Shown: positions 24,258-35,263, counted from the stretch's first letter. The stretch is DNA of 36,416 nt from Reclinomonas americana ATCC 50394 (GCA_048213135.1 PS015482.1:10560-46975); one strand, 5' to 3'. The notes: a model not told the origin generated them from the sequence alone. Numbers and translations: made by a program.

Positions 24258-25432
24258 CCTCTCTCTCTCTCAATTTCTCACTCTCTCTCTCAGTCTCTCT
24301 CCCACCTCTCCCTCTCTCTCTCTCATTCCTTCTCGCCTTGATCCACGCAAAGCCTCAGTCACTCAGCTTCTCGTCGCCCTTCTGCTTCATCATCTTCTTC
24401 TCCTCCTCCTTCATGACTCCTTTCCCTCGCTCTGACATGCACATTCTTGCCAGCCTGGATCCACTCAACGCCTCAGTCATTCAGCTTCTCCTCGCCCTCC
24501 TCTTCCCTTTCCCTCCTTTGCCTCCCAACTCACCCGCGCGCAACGACCGCTGCTGCTCGCTGCTTCCCAACGACAGAAGCGCCCACTGCAAGTCATACAG
24601 CAGCGCATGCAGCTCCACAGACCACGTGACAGCCGCGTGTTTCACCAGTTTGTGTTGAAGGAAGGCCACGCGATCTTCAAAGAACAGTGAGAGTGAGAGT
24701 GAGAGGAGAAGACTGAGGGAAGACAGATGGAAGACTGAGAGGAGACTGAGAGGAGAGGCTGAGAGGAGAGGCTGAGAGGAGAGGCTGAGAGGAGAGACTG
24801 AGAGGAGAGACTGAGAGGAGAGACTGAGAGAAGAAGACTGAGAGAAGACTGAGAGGAGCAGACTGAGGAGACTGAGAGGAGACAGAGGAGACTGAGAGGA
24901 GACAGAGAGGAGACTGAGAGGAGACTGAGAGGAGACTGAGAGGAGACTGAGAGGAGACTGTGAGGTGAGAGGAGACTGAGAGGAGACTGAGAGGAGAGAA
25001 AGGAGAAGTTGATGATGATGCAGAAGAAGAAGTGAGCAGAGAGANNNNNNNNNNNNNNNNNNNNNNNNNNNNNNNNNNNNAGAGAGAGAGAGAGAGAATG
25101 CGAGAGAGTTGGAGAGACAAGTCCCTCTCACAACGAGTCCCCCTCTCACAGAATTGTGCCTATGCTTGCTTACCTGGGAGTTTACTATCTGAGGCACCTC
25201 GCAGGCGACCGCGAGAGTGAGTGAGCGCGCGTTGCACACGACGTTGGCGCGAGGAATTGCCGCCAACTGCCTCTCTGAGACACACACACACACAAAGGAG
25301 AGCAAAGTGAGAGGCATGAGAGAGAGAGAGAGAGAGTCTCTCAGTGTCTGTCTCTCTCTCACCGAGCAGTTGCAGCTGTTCCATGAGAGGAGCCCATCTC
25401 TCAAATGCGTGAATTGCAATACGGGTTTTGTC
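8110..25432 (-). CDS. UNC80: UNC80-like large alpha-helical (HEAT/ARM-type) protein, homologue of the NALCN channel auxiliary subunit; many exons, interrupted by assembly gaps, start uncertain
   Basis: Colinear motif matches to animal UNC80, recalled from memory. N-terminal AFER (exon 25432-25363), LAAIPRANVV (25274-25174) and ELHALLYDLQWALL (~24610-24575; cf. ETKLLYTLHW). RRLRAFAECG...PLGRAVVLYEFCVYAH (~19925-19778; cf. RFQFLLNCCEPG...PVVARAALFLECARFVH). AGRMFLRMCHEAPETSRELMLSQLY...ERAAAVLALHTILW (~18295-18157). EADPCGFLALFL (~16520-16485; cf. EDPSTVLRHFL). C-terminal TLLALRLVV (~10360) and ALVSFLEYIVRTRSTLYCALVPYI (exon 8578-8399; cf. ALWDFLDFIVRTRIPIFVLLRPFI). Last exon 8340-8110 ends in TGA. 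Confidence 0.75.
12590..12985. repeat. (CT)n/(CTGT)n microsatellite tract in an UNC80-like intron
   Basis: Perfect and degenerate tctg runs seen directly. Confidence 0.9.
13999..14330. repeat. Four-copy ~81-88-bp intronic tandem repeat
   Basis: tcgataag.acaatcat.c.tcccatcacc.cgcaacaatctatccga.aagcaat begins at ~13999, ~14080, ~14168 and ~14251. Confidence 0.85.
20180..20320. repeat. 15-bp intronic minisatellite (ggataagaggggaag)n
   Basis: Tandem copies lie next to the acceptor of the exon starting at ~20171 and produce the spurious PFPSY ORF. Confidence 0.85.
22498..22822. repeat. ~90-bp direct repeat pair (~22498-22590 and ~22732-22822) in an UNC80-like intron
   Basis: gagagcat.gtgag.atgacctct.tg..gacgaaaa.t.ccgctctt.ctcaccattgcgatatcg.atcgaga occurs twice. 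Confidence 0.85.
24700..25000. repeat. 11-13-bp intronic minisatellite (gagaggagact)n
   Basis: Tandem array seen directly. Confidence 0.9.
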
Positions 25433-25570
25433 CTAGTCCTTGTACATTTTCTCTTTGTTCAGCAGCGTGTGTCTCTCTCTCTCTGTTGCGCGTGCGAGTG
25501 GATACACGCGCACGCCTCACTCCCTTCTCTCTCTCACACACATGCGGCGATGACAAACGAGGTGAGCGTG

Positions 25571-26201
25571 TTAGACGACCTCGTAGTAGAGAATGTTGCG
25601 CCAAAAGTTGCAGAAGCACATCATGTCGCGCAGCTTGACCTCCTCCGAGTTGGGGATGTCGCCGGTGCCGTACGGGCGGGGGGCGTTCAGGTAGCTGGGG
25701 GAGGGGAGAGAGGGGAAGGTGAGCGAAAGGAGTAGAGGGAGGGGGGACAGGGAGAGCAATGAGGAAGAGGGTGGGAGCTGAGAGAGATAAGGCGAGGAGT
25801 GGCAAGACACAGTTGAGAAAGAAGCATGTGGAGAGACTGTCGCATTCAACAATCAACCGTCAAACAAGCATCGGCGAGGTACAATGGAAGGAGTCCACAG
25901 AGACAGGCGAGATCGAGAGGCTGATGAACAGAGTGCATGGTGAAAGCAACTACCACGGCAGGCGTGGAGCGAGCAGAAAGAGGATCCTTGCAGATCACAG
26001 TTTCGCAAGCATCACACGAGATATGTGTGTGTGCGTGAGAGAGAGAGAAGCGTAAAAGGAAACGAGCATGCACCTCGTGCTTGCATGTCAACATTCGGAA
26101 CGCAGCACGAGCGAGTGAGATCGGAGAAAGGCAACCTCAAATAAAAGCGCACACAGCATGGCATCCTTGATCCAGAATGTCCACGGGCGGAGAGAGAGTG
26201 C

Positions 26202-26235
<34 letters not shown>

Positions 26236-28849
26236 ACCACAAAAGAGCCAGCACACAAGACGACACCCCATCCCCTTCCCCTAACCCCCCTTTCCCCTCT
26301 TTCCCTCTCTTTGCGCAACTGCGAGTGTGCGGTCAGCTTCAGCTTGAAGGCCGGCACTCCAGCCTTGGAGGCAATGGCGGCCACCACATCCTTGTAGGGG
26401 GCGTCCTCGGCCAGATCGAGCTCGATGGCCGATCCCTGCGGGGCCTTCAGCTTGTCGGCCGGGGTCTCCAGCTTGTACACCTCAAAGTGCACTGGTCCCT
26501 CGCCGACCTTGCGCTCGTAGCGGCGGTCAGTGGAGAACCACCTGCGGCGAACGGAGTGGTGAGTGCTCTGGAAGAGAAGAGTGTCTGGTGTCGAGCGCGC
26601 ACGCAACTCCACCATGCTGCTCATCTGCAGCTCCAGCTCCTCCACGCGCTTCAGCGCAGTCTGCAGGAACTCCCTGATCAGCGGGCCGAACCTGGTGATA
26701 TGGAGGAAGCAAGGGGTGAGCAAAGAAGTTGAGGATGGCGCGCGAGTGTGTGTGGCTGACTCAACTCGTCGACGGTGATGAAGCCCTGGTGCTTGAGGTC
26801 CAGGTCGGTGAACTTCTTCTGTTGGAGGGGAAACAAAGGTGTGAGCGAAGTGATTCTGGGACAAGAAAGCTGCAAGCGGAGACGCAACGTCGAGGGAGGC
26901 GTCGGTGGGGATGTCCTCCTTCGGCAGGTGCATGTGCGAGTAGAACTCGATGACCAGCTTGCCAAACTCCTCTGCAGAGGCGCAAAGGGTGATGAGTGCG
27001 AAGCAGGGGAGAAGAGGGTGGGAAGTGAGTGGCACGAAGAGCGCAGGAGGCGATGCAACATGAAGAAGGCGATGCAAAGCGCAGAGGGGGTGCGAAGTGA
27101 AGGCGAGGCAAGACGCAGCACGCGAGGCAAGACGCAGCACGCGAGGCAAGACGCAGCACGCGAGGCAAGACGCAGCACGCGAGGCAAGACGCAGCACGCG
27201 AGGCAAGACGCAGAAGGCGATGCGAGACGCAGAAGGCAATATAAGACGCAGAAAGCGATGCAAAACGCAGAAGGCGATGCAAAACGCAGAAGGCGATGCA
27301 AAACACAGAAGGTGATGCAAAACACAGAAGGCGATGCAAAACGCAGAAGGCGATGCAGAGCGCAAAACACAGAAGGCGATGCAAAACGCAGAAGGCGATG
27401 CAGAGCGCAAAAGGCGATGCAGAGCGCAAAAGGCGATGCAGAGCGCAAAAGGCGATGCAGAGCGCAAAAGGCGATGTAGAGCGCAAAAGGCGATGCAACA
27501 CGCAAAAGGCGATGCAACACGCAAAAGGCGATGCAAGACGCAGAAGACGATGCAACACGCAGAAGGCAAGGCAGAGTGCAGAAGGCGCTACAGAATGCAG
27601 AATGCGAATGCAGAAGGCGATTCACAAAGCAGAATGCGATGCAAAGCGCAGAAGGCGATGCAAAACGCAGAAGGCGATGCAAAACGCAGAAGGCGATGCA
27701 AAACGCAGAAGGCGATGCAAAACGCAGAAGGCGATGCAAAACGCAGAATGCAATGCAAAGTACAGACTGTGATGCAACGCAGAAGGCGATGCAAGACGCA
27801 CAATGCGATGAAATTGAAGGAGGCGAGCACAATGCAGAATATGACAATGCAGAAGGATGGAGAATGCGATGCAGAGCGCAGGATACAACAGAAGGCGATA
27901 CAAAGCGCAGAAGGCGATGCAAAGCGCAGAAGGCGATGCAAAGCGCAGAAGGCGATGCAAAGCGCAGAAGGCAATGCAAAAGGGCAGAAGGCAATGCAAA
28001 ACGCAGAATGCGATGCAAGACGTAGAAGGCAAGGGAGAGTGCAGAAGGCGCTACAGAATGCAGAATGCGATGGAAATTGAAGGAGGCGGTGCACAATGCA
28101 GAATATGACAATGCAGAAGGATGGAGAATGCAGAGCGCAGGATACAACAGAAGTCGATGCAAAGCGCAGAAGGTGATGCAGAACGCAGAAGATGATGTAA
28201 AACGCACAAGGCGATGCAAGACGCACAAGGCAATGCAAGACGCACAAGGCAATGCAAGACGCACAAGGCAATGTAACACGCAGAATGCAACGCGAGACGC
28301 AGAAGGCGATACACAGCGCAAAAGGCGATGCAGAATGCATCGCAGCGCGAGATACAGACACCAGAATGCATTCAACCCCCTTCCCCTTCTCCCCCTTCCC
28401 CTTCTCCCCCTTTCCCCCTTCCCCTTTTATCCCCGCTTACTCACCGCGATCAATCGACGAGCTTCCATCGACATCATTCGACGCAAAGAAGCGCTCCACC
28501 GTCGCCTTGAACTCCTGCGGAAAAAATGCAGGATTCCCCCCACAATCTCTCAGCAAAAAAATCAACACACACACACACGCACTCCCTTTCATGCACAACA
28601 CAAACCGACGAGTGCGTCAACACGCTGTGCAGCTTGTCCTTGAGACCGCCAAGTGCGCCAAAGTGCTGCACAAAGAGAGAGAAAAAACGACAAAAAGTGT
28701 GAGAAATGGCGTGCCTTTTTCCTTGCACTCGCGCGCACGCATTCACTCTCTCCGCGTGTGTATGCATGTGTGCATGTGTGTGAGAGAGAGACAGAGGACA
28801 CAGACACAAAATGAGCGTGCGGGCAACGCGTCAGGGCGCCGACCGACAT
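25571..28849 (-). CDS. Two-EF-hand calcium-binding protein with a C-terminal USP7/UBP12-type ubiquitin-like domain (~233 aa)
   Basis: Exons 28849-28844 (start tentative), 28665-28606, 28514-28445, 26971-26889, 26818-26766, 26691-26608, 26541-26320 and 25694-25571 total 702 nt in frame. EF loops are DVDGSSSIDREE (near-canonical) and DLKHQGFITVDE (degenerate). The C-terminus IELDLAEDAPYKDVVAAIASKAGVPAFKLKLTAHSHYLNAPRP...KLRDMMCFCNFWRNILYYEVV resembles, from memory, the USP7/UBP12 UBL ending LRLTSHNCY...LSDML...ILYYEVL. Confidence 0.8.
27045..28372. repeat. 19-bp minisatellite array (caaaacgcagaaggcgatg and variants) with higher-order duplications, filling an intron of the EF-hand gene
   Basis: The 19-bp period is clear at 27661-27740. 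The variant cgcgaggcaagacgcagca occurs at ~27102-27210. Larger blocks are duplicated (~27805-27900 vs ~28065-28160). Confidence 0.95.
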
Positions 28850-29206
28850 GGCGCACCAACACAAGACCAGACACACACACAAACGCTCGTGCACACACAC
28901 AAACACACAAAAGCATGCATCACGTGCAACAACACACGCACACACGCGCAACACACAAAGATCATGACATGGCCGACACATACAAACAACGCATGCGTGC
29001 AAGCAAGTGACAGCAACGAGGAGACATCGTGTGCGTGCAAATACGTGTGTGTGCGCGCTTTGATCGCGATACCTCTGCCATATTCGCTCAAAAGAAAGTT
29101 GAGAAACAAAAACAAGGGGCAGTTACCGTGACGCCTAATGCAATTGCACGGCGGATGGTAACCCATGAATGGCGTTCGCTTTGCCTCTCTCTGCTGCTCT
29201 CTCTCT

Positions 29207-29294
<88 letters not shown>

Positions 29295-29521
29295 CACACA
29301 CTACTACTACTACTACTACTACACTACTACTACTTCGTTACTTACTTACTTCTTCGTTCTCTTCTCTCTACTCACGACACNNNNNNNNNNNNNNNNNNNN
29401 ACGTACGTTACGTACGTACGTACCGTACGTCGTACTAGTACGTACGTACGGACGTCGTACGTACGTACGTACGTAGTCGTCGTCGTTCGTCGTCTCTCTC
29501 TCTCGTCGTCTCTCTCTCTCT

Positions 29522-29593
<72 letters not shown>

Positions 29594-29712
29594 GTCATCA
29601 CATAACAAAAGGTCACTCGCTTTTCATCACACCATTGTTTGATTTTGCCTTTTCTCTCTCTCTCTCTTCACACACAGACAGACAGACACACTACAAGCAA
29701 TGTGTGTGCGCT

Positions 29713-30017
29713 TCAGTTGTATGCCAGCGCCTCGAGTCCCGTCGGCTGATCGTTGTTTCCACCACGCAGGTTGTGAATGGCACCGCGAGCCAGATCCGGA
29801 ACTGTCACCGCGAGCGCGCCAGGCTGTGGCGCGGCACCAGCGGCATGCGGCTCTGTGTGTGTGAGAGAGTAGTGAGTGAGAGTGTGAGATCGACACTCAA
29901 TACGCACACATAAAAAGTGCGCCATGTCCAGATTCACTGTCATGTTTATTTTCTCTCTGCGGGTGTGTGCGTTGATTTGGACTCACCAGCGCGGAAGTCT
30001 CCCAGAATCCAGTCCAT
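29713..30017 (-). CDS. Possible two-exon small ORF (56 aa)
   Basis: ATG at 30017, donor G|GTGAGT at 29986 and acceptor CACAG before 29852 give MDWILGDFRAEPHAAGAAPQPGALAVTVPDLARGAIHNLRGGNNDQPTGLEALAYN*. No homology recognised. Confidence 0.3.
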
Positions 30018-30289
30018 TGTGTGCGTGTGTGAGTGAGTGGGTTTTGAGTGGACAGTTCGGCGGGACACGCGGCGTCCGGCAGTGATTTGTTGAGCGTCGG
30101 CAAGAGGAAACGCGCGAAAGACTGTCGTACCTTGGTGTACATAATGAAAGCTACAGAATAGTGCACTTGCCGCATTTTTCCGCAGTGCTTGAGAGTGGAG
30201 AGATCACCGCTGCGATAACGAGTGCTTCAATTACCGACAGCTGGCAGAAACAAAGACGGTCAAGATCCGTGGAGCAACAGCGGAATTGC

Positions 30290-30938
30290 AGCGCAGTGCA
30301 ACGCCAGTGGCAACGTTAACGCCAGTGTGCAACGCAGTGTGCAACGCAGTGGCAACGCAGTGCAACGCAGTGCAACGCAGTGCAACGCAGTGCAACGCAG
30401 TGCAACGCAAGTGGCAACGCAAGTGGCAACGCAGTGTGCAACGCAAGTGGCAACGCAGTGTGCAACGCAAGTGGAAACGCAGTGTGCAACGCAAGTGGCA
30501 ACGCAGTGTGCAACGCAAGTGGCAACGAAGTGTGCAACGCAAGTGGAAACGCAGTGTGCAACGCAAGTGGAAACGCAGTGTGCAACGCAAGTGGCAACGA
30601 AGTNNNNNNNNNNNNNNNNNNNNNNNNNNNNNNNNNNNNNNNNNNNNNNNNNNNNNNNNNNNNNNNNNNNNNNNNNNNNNNNNNNNNNNNNNNNNNNNNN
30701 NNNNNNNNNNNNNNNNNNNNNNNNNNNNNNNNNNNNNNNNNNNNNNNNNNNNNNNNNNNNNNNNNNNNNNNNNNNNNNNNNNNNNNNNNNNNNNNNNNNN
30801 NNNNNNNNNNNNNNNNNNNNNNNNNNNNNNNNNNNNNNNNNNNNNNNNNNNNNNNNNNNNNNNNNNNNNNNNNNNNGCAGTGTGCAACGCAAGTGGAAAC
30901 GCAGTGTGCAACGCAAGTGGCAACCCAGTGTGCAACGC
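30290..30938. repeat. 10/12/24-bp minisatellite (tgcaacgcag; gcagtgtgcaacgcaagtggcaac) spanning a gap
   Basis: Tandem units on both sides of the N run. Confidence 0.9.
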
Positions 30939-31093
30939 CCTTCTCATCCCTTTCCCCCTTCTGCCTTTCCTCTTCCCCCCTCCACCCTTCTCCTTCTCCT
31001 CCCTTCCCCCCTCCCACCCTTCCCCCCTTCCCCCCTTCTCCCCCTTCCCCCTTCCCCTTCTCCCATTTCCCCCCATTACCACCTTCGCAAATT

Positions 31094-32601
31094 TCACTCC
31101 CTCGTCACCAACATGGCCGCACTCTGCGACACGATTCTATGCGACCCACCCGGCAACGCCTTCTCCAACCGCACAAACAGCGTCGGCTCAAAGTCCCACT
31201 CCCGCGGCAAGTCCACCGTCAACGTCTCCACCATGGAGCCCGTCGGCAAAATGTGTCTGGCGTACACTGGTTCCAGCACACGCTGCGTGTGTAGCGAGGA
31301 GAAGATTTGAGTCACTGAAAAGACAGAGATAGAGGGGACGGGCGAGGGATACCACAACGCACCTCCTCCAACACCCGCAAACCATCCATGTCGCGCTTCT
31401 CGCATCGCACCATTGACGACTCGAAGGAGGCCACCGACTCGGGATTGTACTCTTGCGTGATGGTGATGCGTGCCGAATTGTCGAGCGGCACACTCACTCG
31501 CCGCGCACGAATGGTGAGCGGTGGTGGTCGCTGGCGTTGCGACGATTGCGCCAGTGAGGAGGTGGTGGCGGCAGCAGCTGCCGCCGCCGCCGCCACCGCC
31601 GTCACTCCGCCCATGTGCAACATGGGAGGCATTGCTGGTGCTGCAGAGCCAGTCGCGGAAGTGCGCTGCGACGACGATGCAGGTGGTGGTAGCGGGGGTG
31701 GTGGTGGCAATACTGATGGGGGCGGCAAAACTGCTTCTCCCACGGTCGTGCTCGTCGCAGAGGAGGACCCGAACTGGGATGCAGGCATGGGCGGGAGAGG
31801 CGGTGGTCGCAATAGTGTCGTGTGTGATTGGGGCTGCGACTGCGCTCCCATGGGGAGGAGCGGAGTGCCAGTCGGCAACAACGCCGACGCCGATGTGTGC
31901 ATGGACATAACAGAGGCCATGTGCGCTGGCCTGATTGGGGTGATCGGGAAAAGTGTGAGAGGGGGGAAGGATGAAGAGTGGGAGTGTGACGCAACGGCAG
32001 CTGCGGCAAAAAGTCTTGCGCTGGCAAGGAGGAGGACATTGAGTCGCCTCCAGCTCCGCCAGAGTCACTGCGGGGGTGGGGGAAAGGAGGTCAGCGAAAA
32101 TAGGGAAAGGGAGACAGAACAACAGAGAAACAACGTGAGAATCAGTTGACAGTTGAGCGAAACATGCAGACTTGGAAGCGAAAAGCGAGAGGACGAAGCA
32201 CAGGGAGAAGTGAAGGGAGGAAGTGAAGGGANNNNNNNNNNNNNNNNNNNNNNNNNNNNNNNNNNNNNNNNNNNNNNNNNNNNNNNNNNNNNNNNNNNNN
32301 NNNNNNNNNNNNNNNNNNNNNNNNNNNNNNNNNNNNNNNNNNNNNNNNNNNNNNNNNNNNNNNNNNNNNNNNNNNNNNNNNNNNNNNNNNNNNNNNNNNN
32401 NNNNNNNNNNNNNNNNNNNNNNNNNNNNNNNNNNNNNNNNNNNNNNNNNNNNNNNNNNNNNNNNNNNNNNNNNNNNNNNNNNNNNNNNNNNNNNNNNNNN
32501 NNNNNNNNNNNNNNNNNNNNNNNNNNNNNNNNNNNNNNNNNNNNNNNNNNNNNNNNNNNNNNNNNNNNNNNNNNNNNNNNNNNNNNNNNNNNNNNNNNNN
32601 N

Positions 32602-32643
<42 letters not shown>

Positions 32644-35263
32644 GCAAAGGGGAAGCAATGGAGAGGAAAGAAAGCGATCGAAAGGAGAGCGACGAAGGAG
32701 AGTCCGAGACAATTTGGGAAGAGGCAGTGAGAAAGAAAGAGACATACAAGAGAATGGAGAGGAAGGGGAGCACTAATCAACAACGCAACTGATACCCATC
32801 GCCACCAACTCCCGTACTTCTACAATGGCACAACTCGAATGAGTTTACGGGAGCAACACAAGACGCGATGATCAATATTGCACAACGCACGAGAATGGTC
32901 TTTGCGGCGCACCAGCAGGTGGGCTGTGAGAAGCTTATTCGTCAGACTGGAAGCAAACTCATTGACGAAGGGCTGTACATCACGCAACTATGCTGGCAAA
33001 GGTGACGGAGCAGGTGACCTGTGCACGCAGTTTTAAGCAAACAACACAATCACTGACAGCTCACAATCTGGACGCAACGGTGACGATGATCCAGTGCTGC
33101 TGCTTCCAGCGGACGGAGAGACACCATACAGCGATGTGGGCATGGGAACACCGCTGTCGATCACAAGCTGTGAGAAGACTGCGCATTGCCTTTATCCCCA
33201 TTCCCCTCTGTTTCTTTCCCTTTCCCTTCCCCTTGACCCTTGACCCTTACCCTTGACCCTTAACCTTATCCTTACCCTTACCCTTACCCTCACGTTACTT
33301 CCCCACTCCTCCTTCCCCTTCCCCTTCCCCTTCCCCTTCCCCTTCCCCTTCCCTTTATCCCTTCCCCCTTTTCCCCCTTCCTCCTTCCCCTTTTCCCAAC
33401 CTCGGATGCCTCCCCTGACCCCCACCCGGAACCGGTAATGGCGGCGGCGGCGGCAATCCGGGCGACCACGAGCTGAGGCCTGCAAACGACAATGGTGGCG
33501 GCGCAAACATCGTCGGCGGCATGGTCGATGCTGCCGTGGAGGTGGCGCCAGCTACTTGTTGATTGCCAAGCAGGGCGCCAAAGCTACGTGCCCGCCTCTC
33601 CTCATCGTCCCACCGCATCTCCCCGTGCCGGGAGCGATTCGCTCCACCAGCAGCCCGCCGTCGCGAACCACCGCCTCCTCCTCCACTACCGCCGCCGCCA
33701 CCTCCACCGGCCCTGCTGCCGGCGGTGCTCTCTGACATTGAGCCGTCGCGGTTCTGCTGGCGAACGCTGCCACGAGTCTTCATGCTGACTTGGATTGGGT
33801 GACAGGGCAGGCGGCGACCGTCGACACATTCAGCCACAACGGAGAGAGTGTAGGAGGGTACTTGGAGTCGGCGAGGGACCGTGTAGTGCTGCGAAAGGGA
33901 ATGATGAGGAGGGCTGGTGAAAAAAAAAACAGGCACTGTGATTGTCAGTTACTCAACTTCGCCCTTTTGAAATCGAACAGGCGAAAACGCTCCATCCACC
34001 CCGTTCCGATCCAACACCCTGTCCACCAACTCCCACTGCTGACTGCCCTCCCATTCGAGGTGCAGTCGAACAACATCGGCTGGAAAGTCGCCAGCCCGTA
34101 CTAAACAGAACATGGGTTTGTGGGAGAATCTGACGTGCGACGATGAGGATGAGAATGGGGCAGAGCAGTCACACAAGTCGCGTGGTCCGGCTCACCTGTA
34201 CAACATTCTGTATTCGTGCCGCCTGATATCAATGAGCTCCACACGACAATTGGCCGATCCGCCAGGACCGGGAACATCCAAGCCAAACACTGCGAGAGAG
34301 GGAGGAAAGAGATTTAAAAAAGAGAGGGAGCTGGAGGGAGCAGGAGGGGAGCAGGTAGGGAGTAGAGAGGGGAGCAGGAAGGAAGCAGGGAGGGGAGCAG
34401 AGAGGGGAGCAGAGAGGGGAGCAGGTAGGGAGAAGAGAGGGGAGCAGAGAGGGGGTAGAGGCAGCAGGAAGGGGAGCAGGAGGGGAGCAGGAAGCGAGCA
34501 GGAGAGGAGCAGGAGGGGAGCAGGAGGGGAGCAGGAGGGGAGCAGGAGAGGAAGCAGAGGCGAGCAGAAGCGAACGGGAGAAAGCTGCAAAATGACCAAG
34601 AAAGTGCAGATGAGTGAAAAGAAATCCTCGCCAATCTGCGCGCGCACCAATACTGCCGGGAGCCACAGCAAGCACATTCGCAGACTGGTGTGCCACGGAC
34701 GACGACGCAGATGGATCCGGTATCCGCGACAACATGGACATGGAGGGCGCCATCTGAGAGGGTCCTGCCATGGACATCAACGCAGAGGACGAGGCCGCCG
34801 AGTACGTGTCGAAAGCAGATGACGTCTTCACCACCGGCACCGACTCGGCAATCGATAATGTGGTGGCCACGAACAAGCGCCCGCCATCGGCCATCAACTC
34901 GTGGTGATCACTTTCGCCCAACGCCGCCACGAAGCGAGCTGACAGCAGGCGGTCAGTGAGCAAGAAGATCGACGGCATGGAGGAGAGGGGAGAGAGAGAG
35001 AGAGAGAGCACTCACCCTGGTAAAGGGTATCCAGCGCCATGGCCGCATTCTGAATGAGCACGCTGCACATGAAGGAGGCGACGAGCACCGCCTCGCCACT
35101 CGGCAGCGTCTGACTGATAATCGACACTCGCAGAGCGCGACTCCTGGGAGATGAGAGGGCGTGAGAGGGAAGGAGAGGGAATGAGAAGGAGGAAAGGCGA
35201 GACGGTGAGAGCGAATGAAGGGAAGAATGAAATGAGAAAAGAAGAGAAAGGAGGAAGGGAGTA

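Noticed and set aside
27045-28372. CRISPR-like array
   Set aside because: The repeats are contiguous with no unique spacers, there are no cas genes, and the context is eukaryotic.
26678-28375. Long Cys/Ala/Arg-rich ORFs on both strands (e.g. 565 aa, 493 aa)
   Set aside because: They are translations of a stop-poor 19-bp intronic minisatellite. The flanking EF-hand exons splice across it in frame.
32790-32990. SAM-like reading FVNEFASSLTNKLL...EVRELVAMGI
   Set aside because: It is incompatible with the phases of the neighbouring exons. The micro-exon model keeps the frame throughout.
33230-33290. Telomere-like repeat
   Set aside because: The unit is CCCTTA/CCCTTC rather than CCCTAA, and the tract is short, degenerate and intronic.
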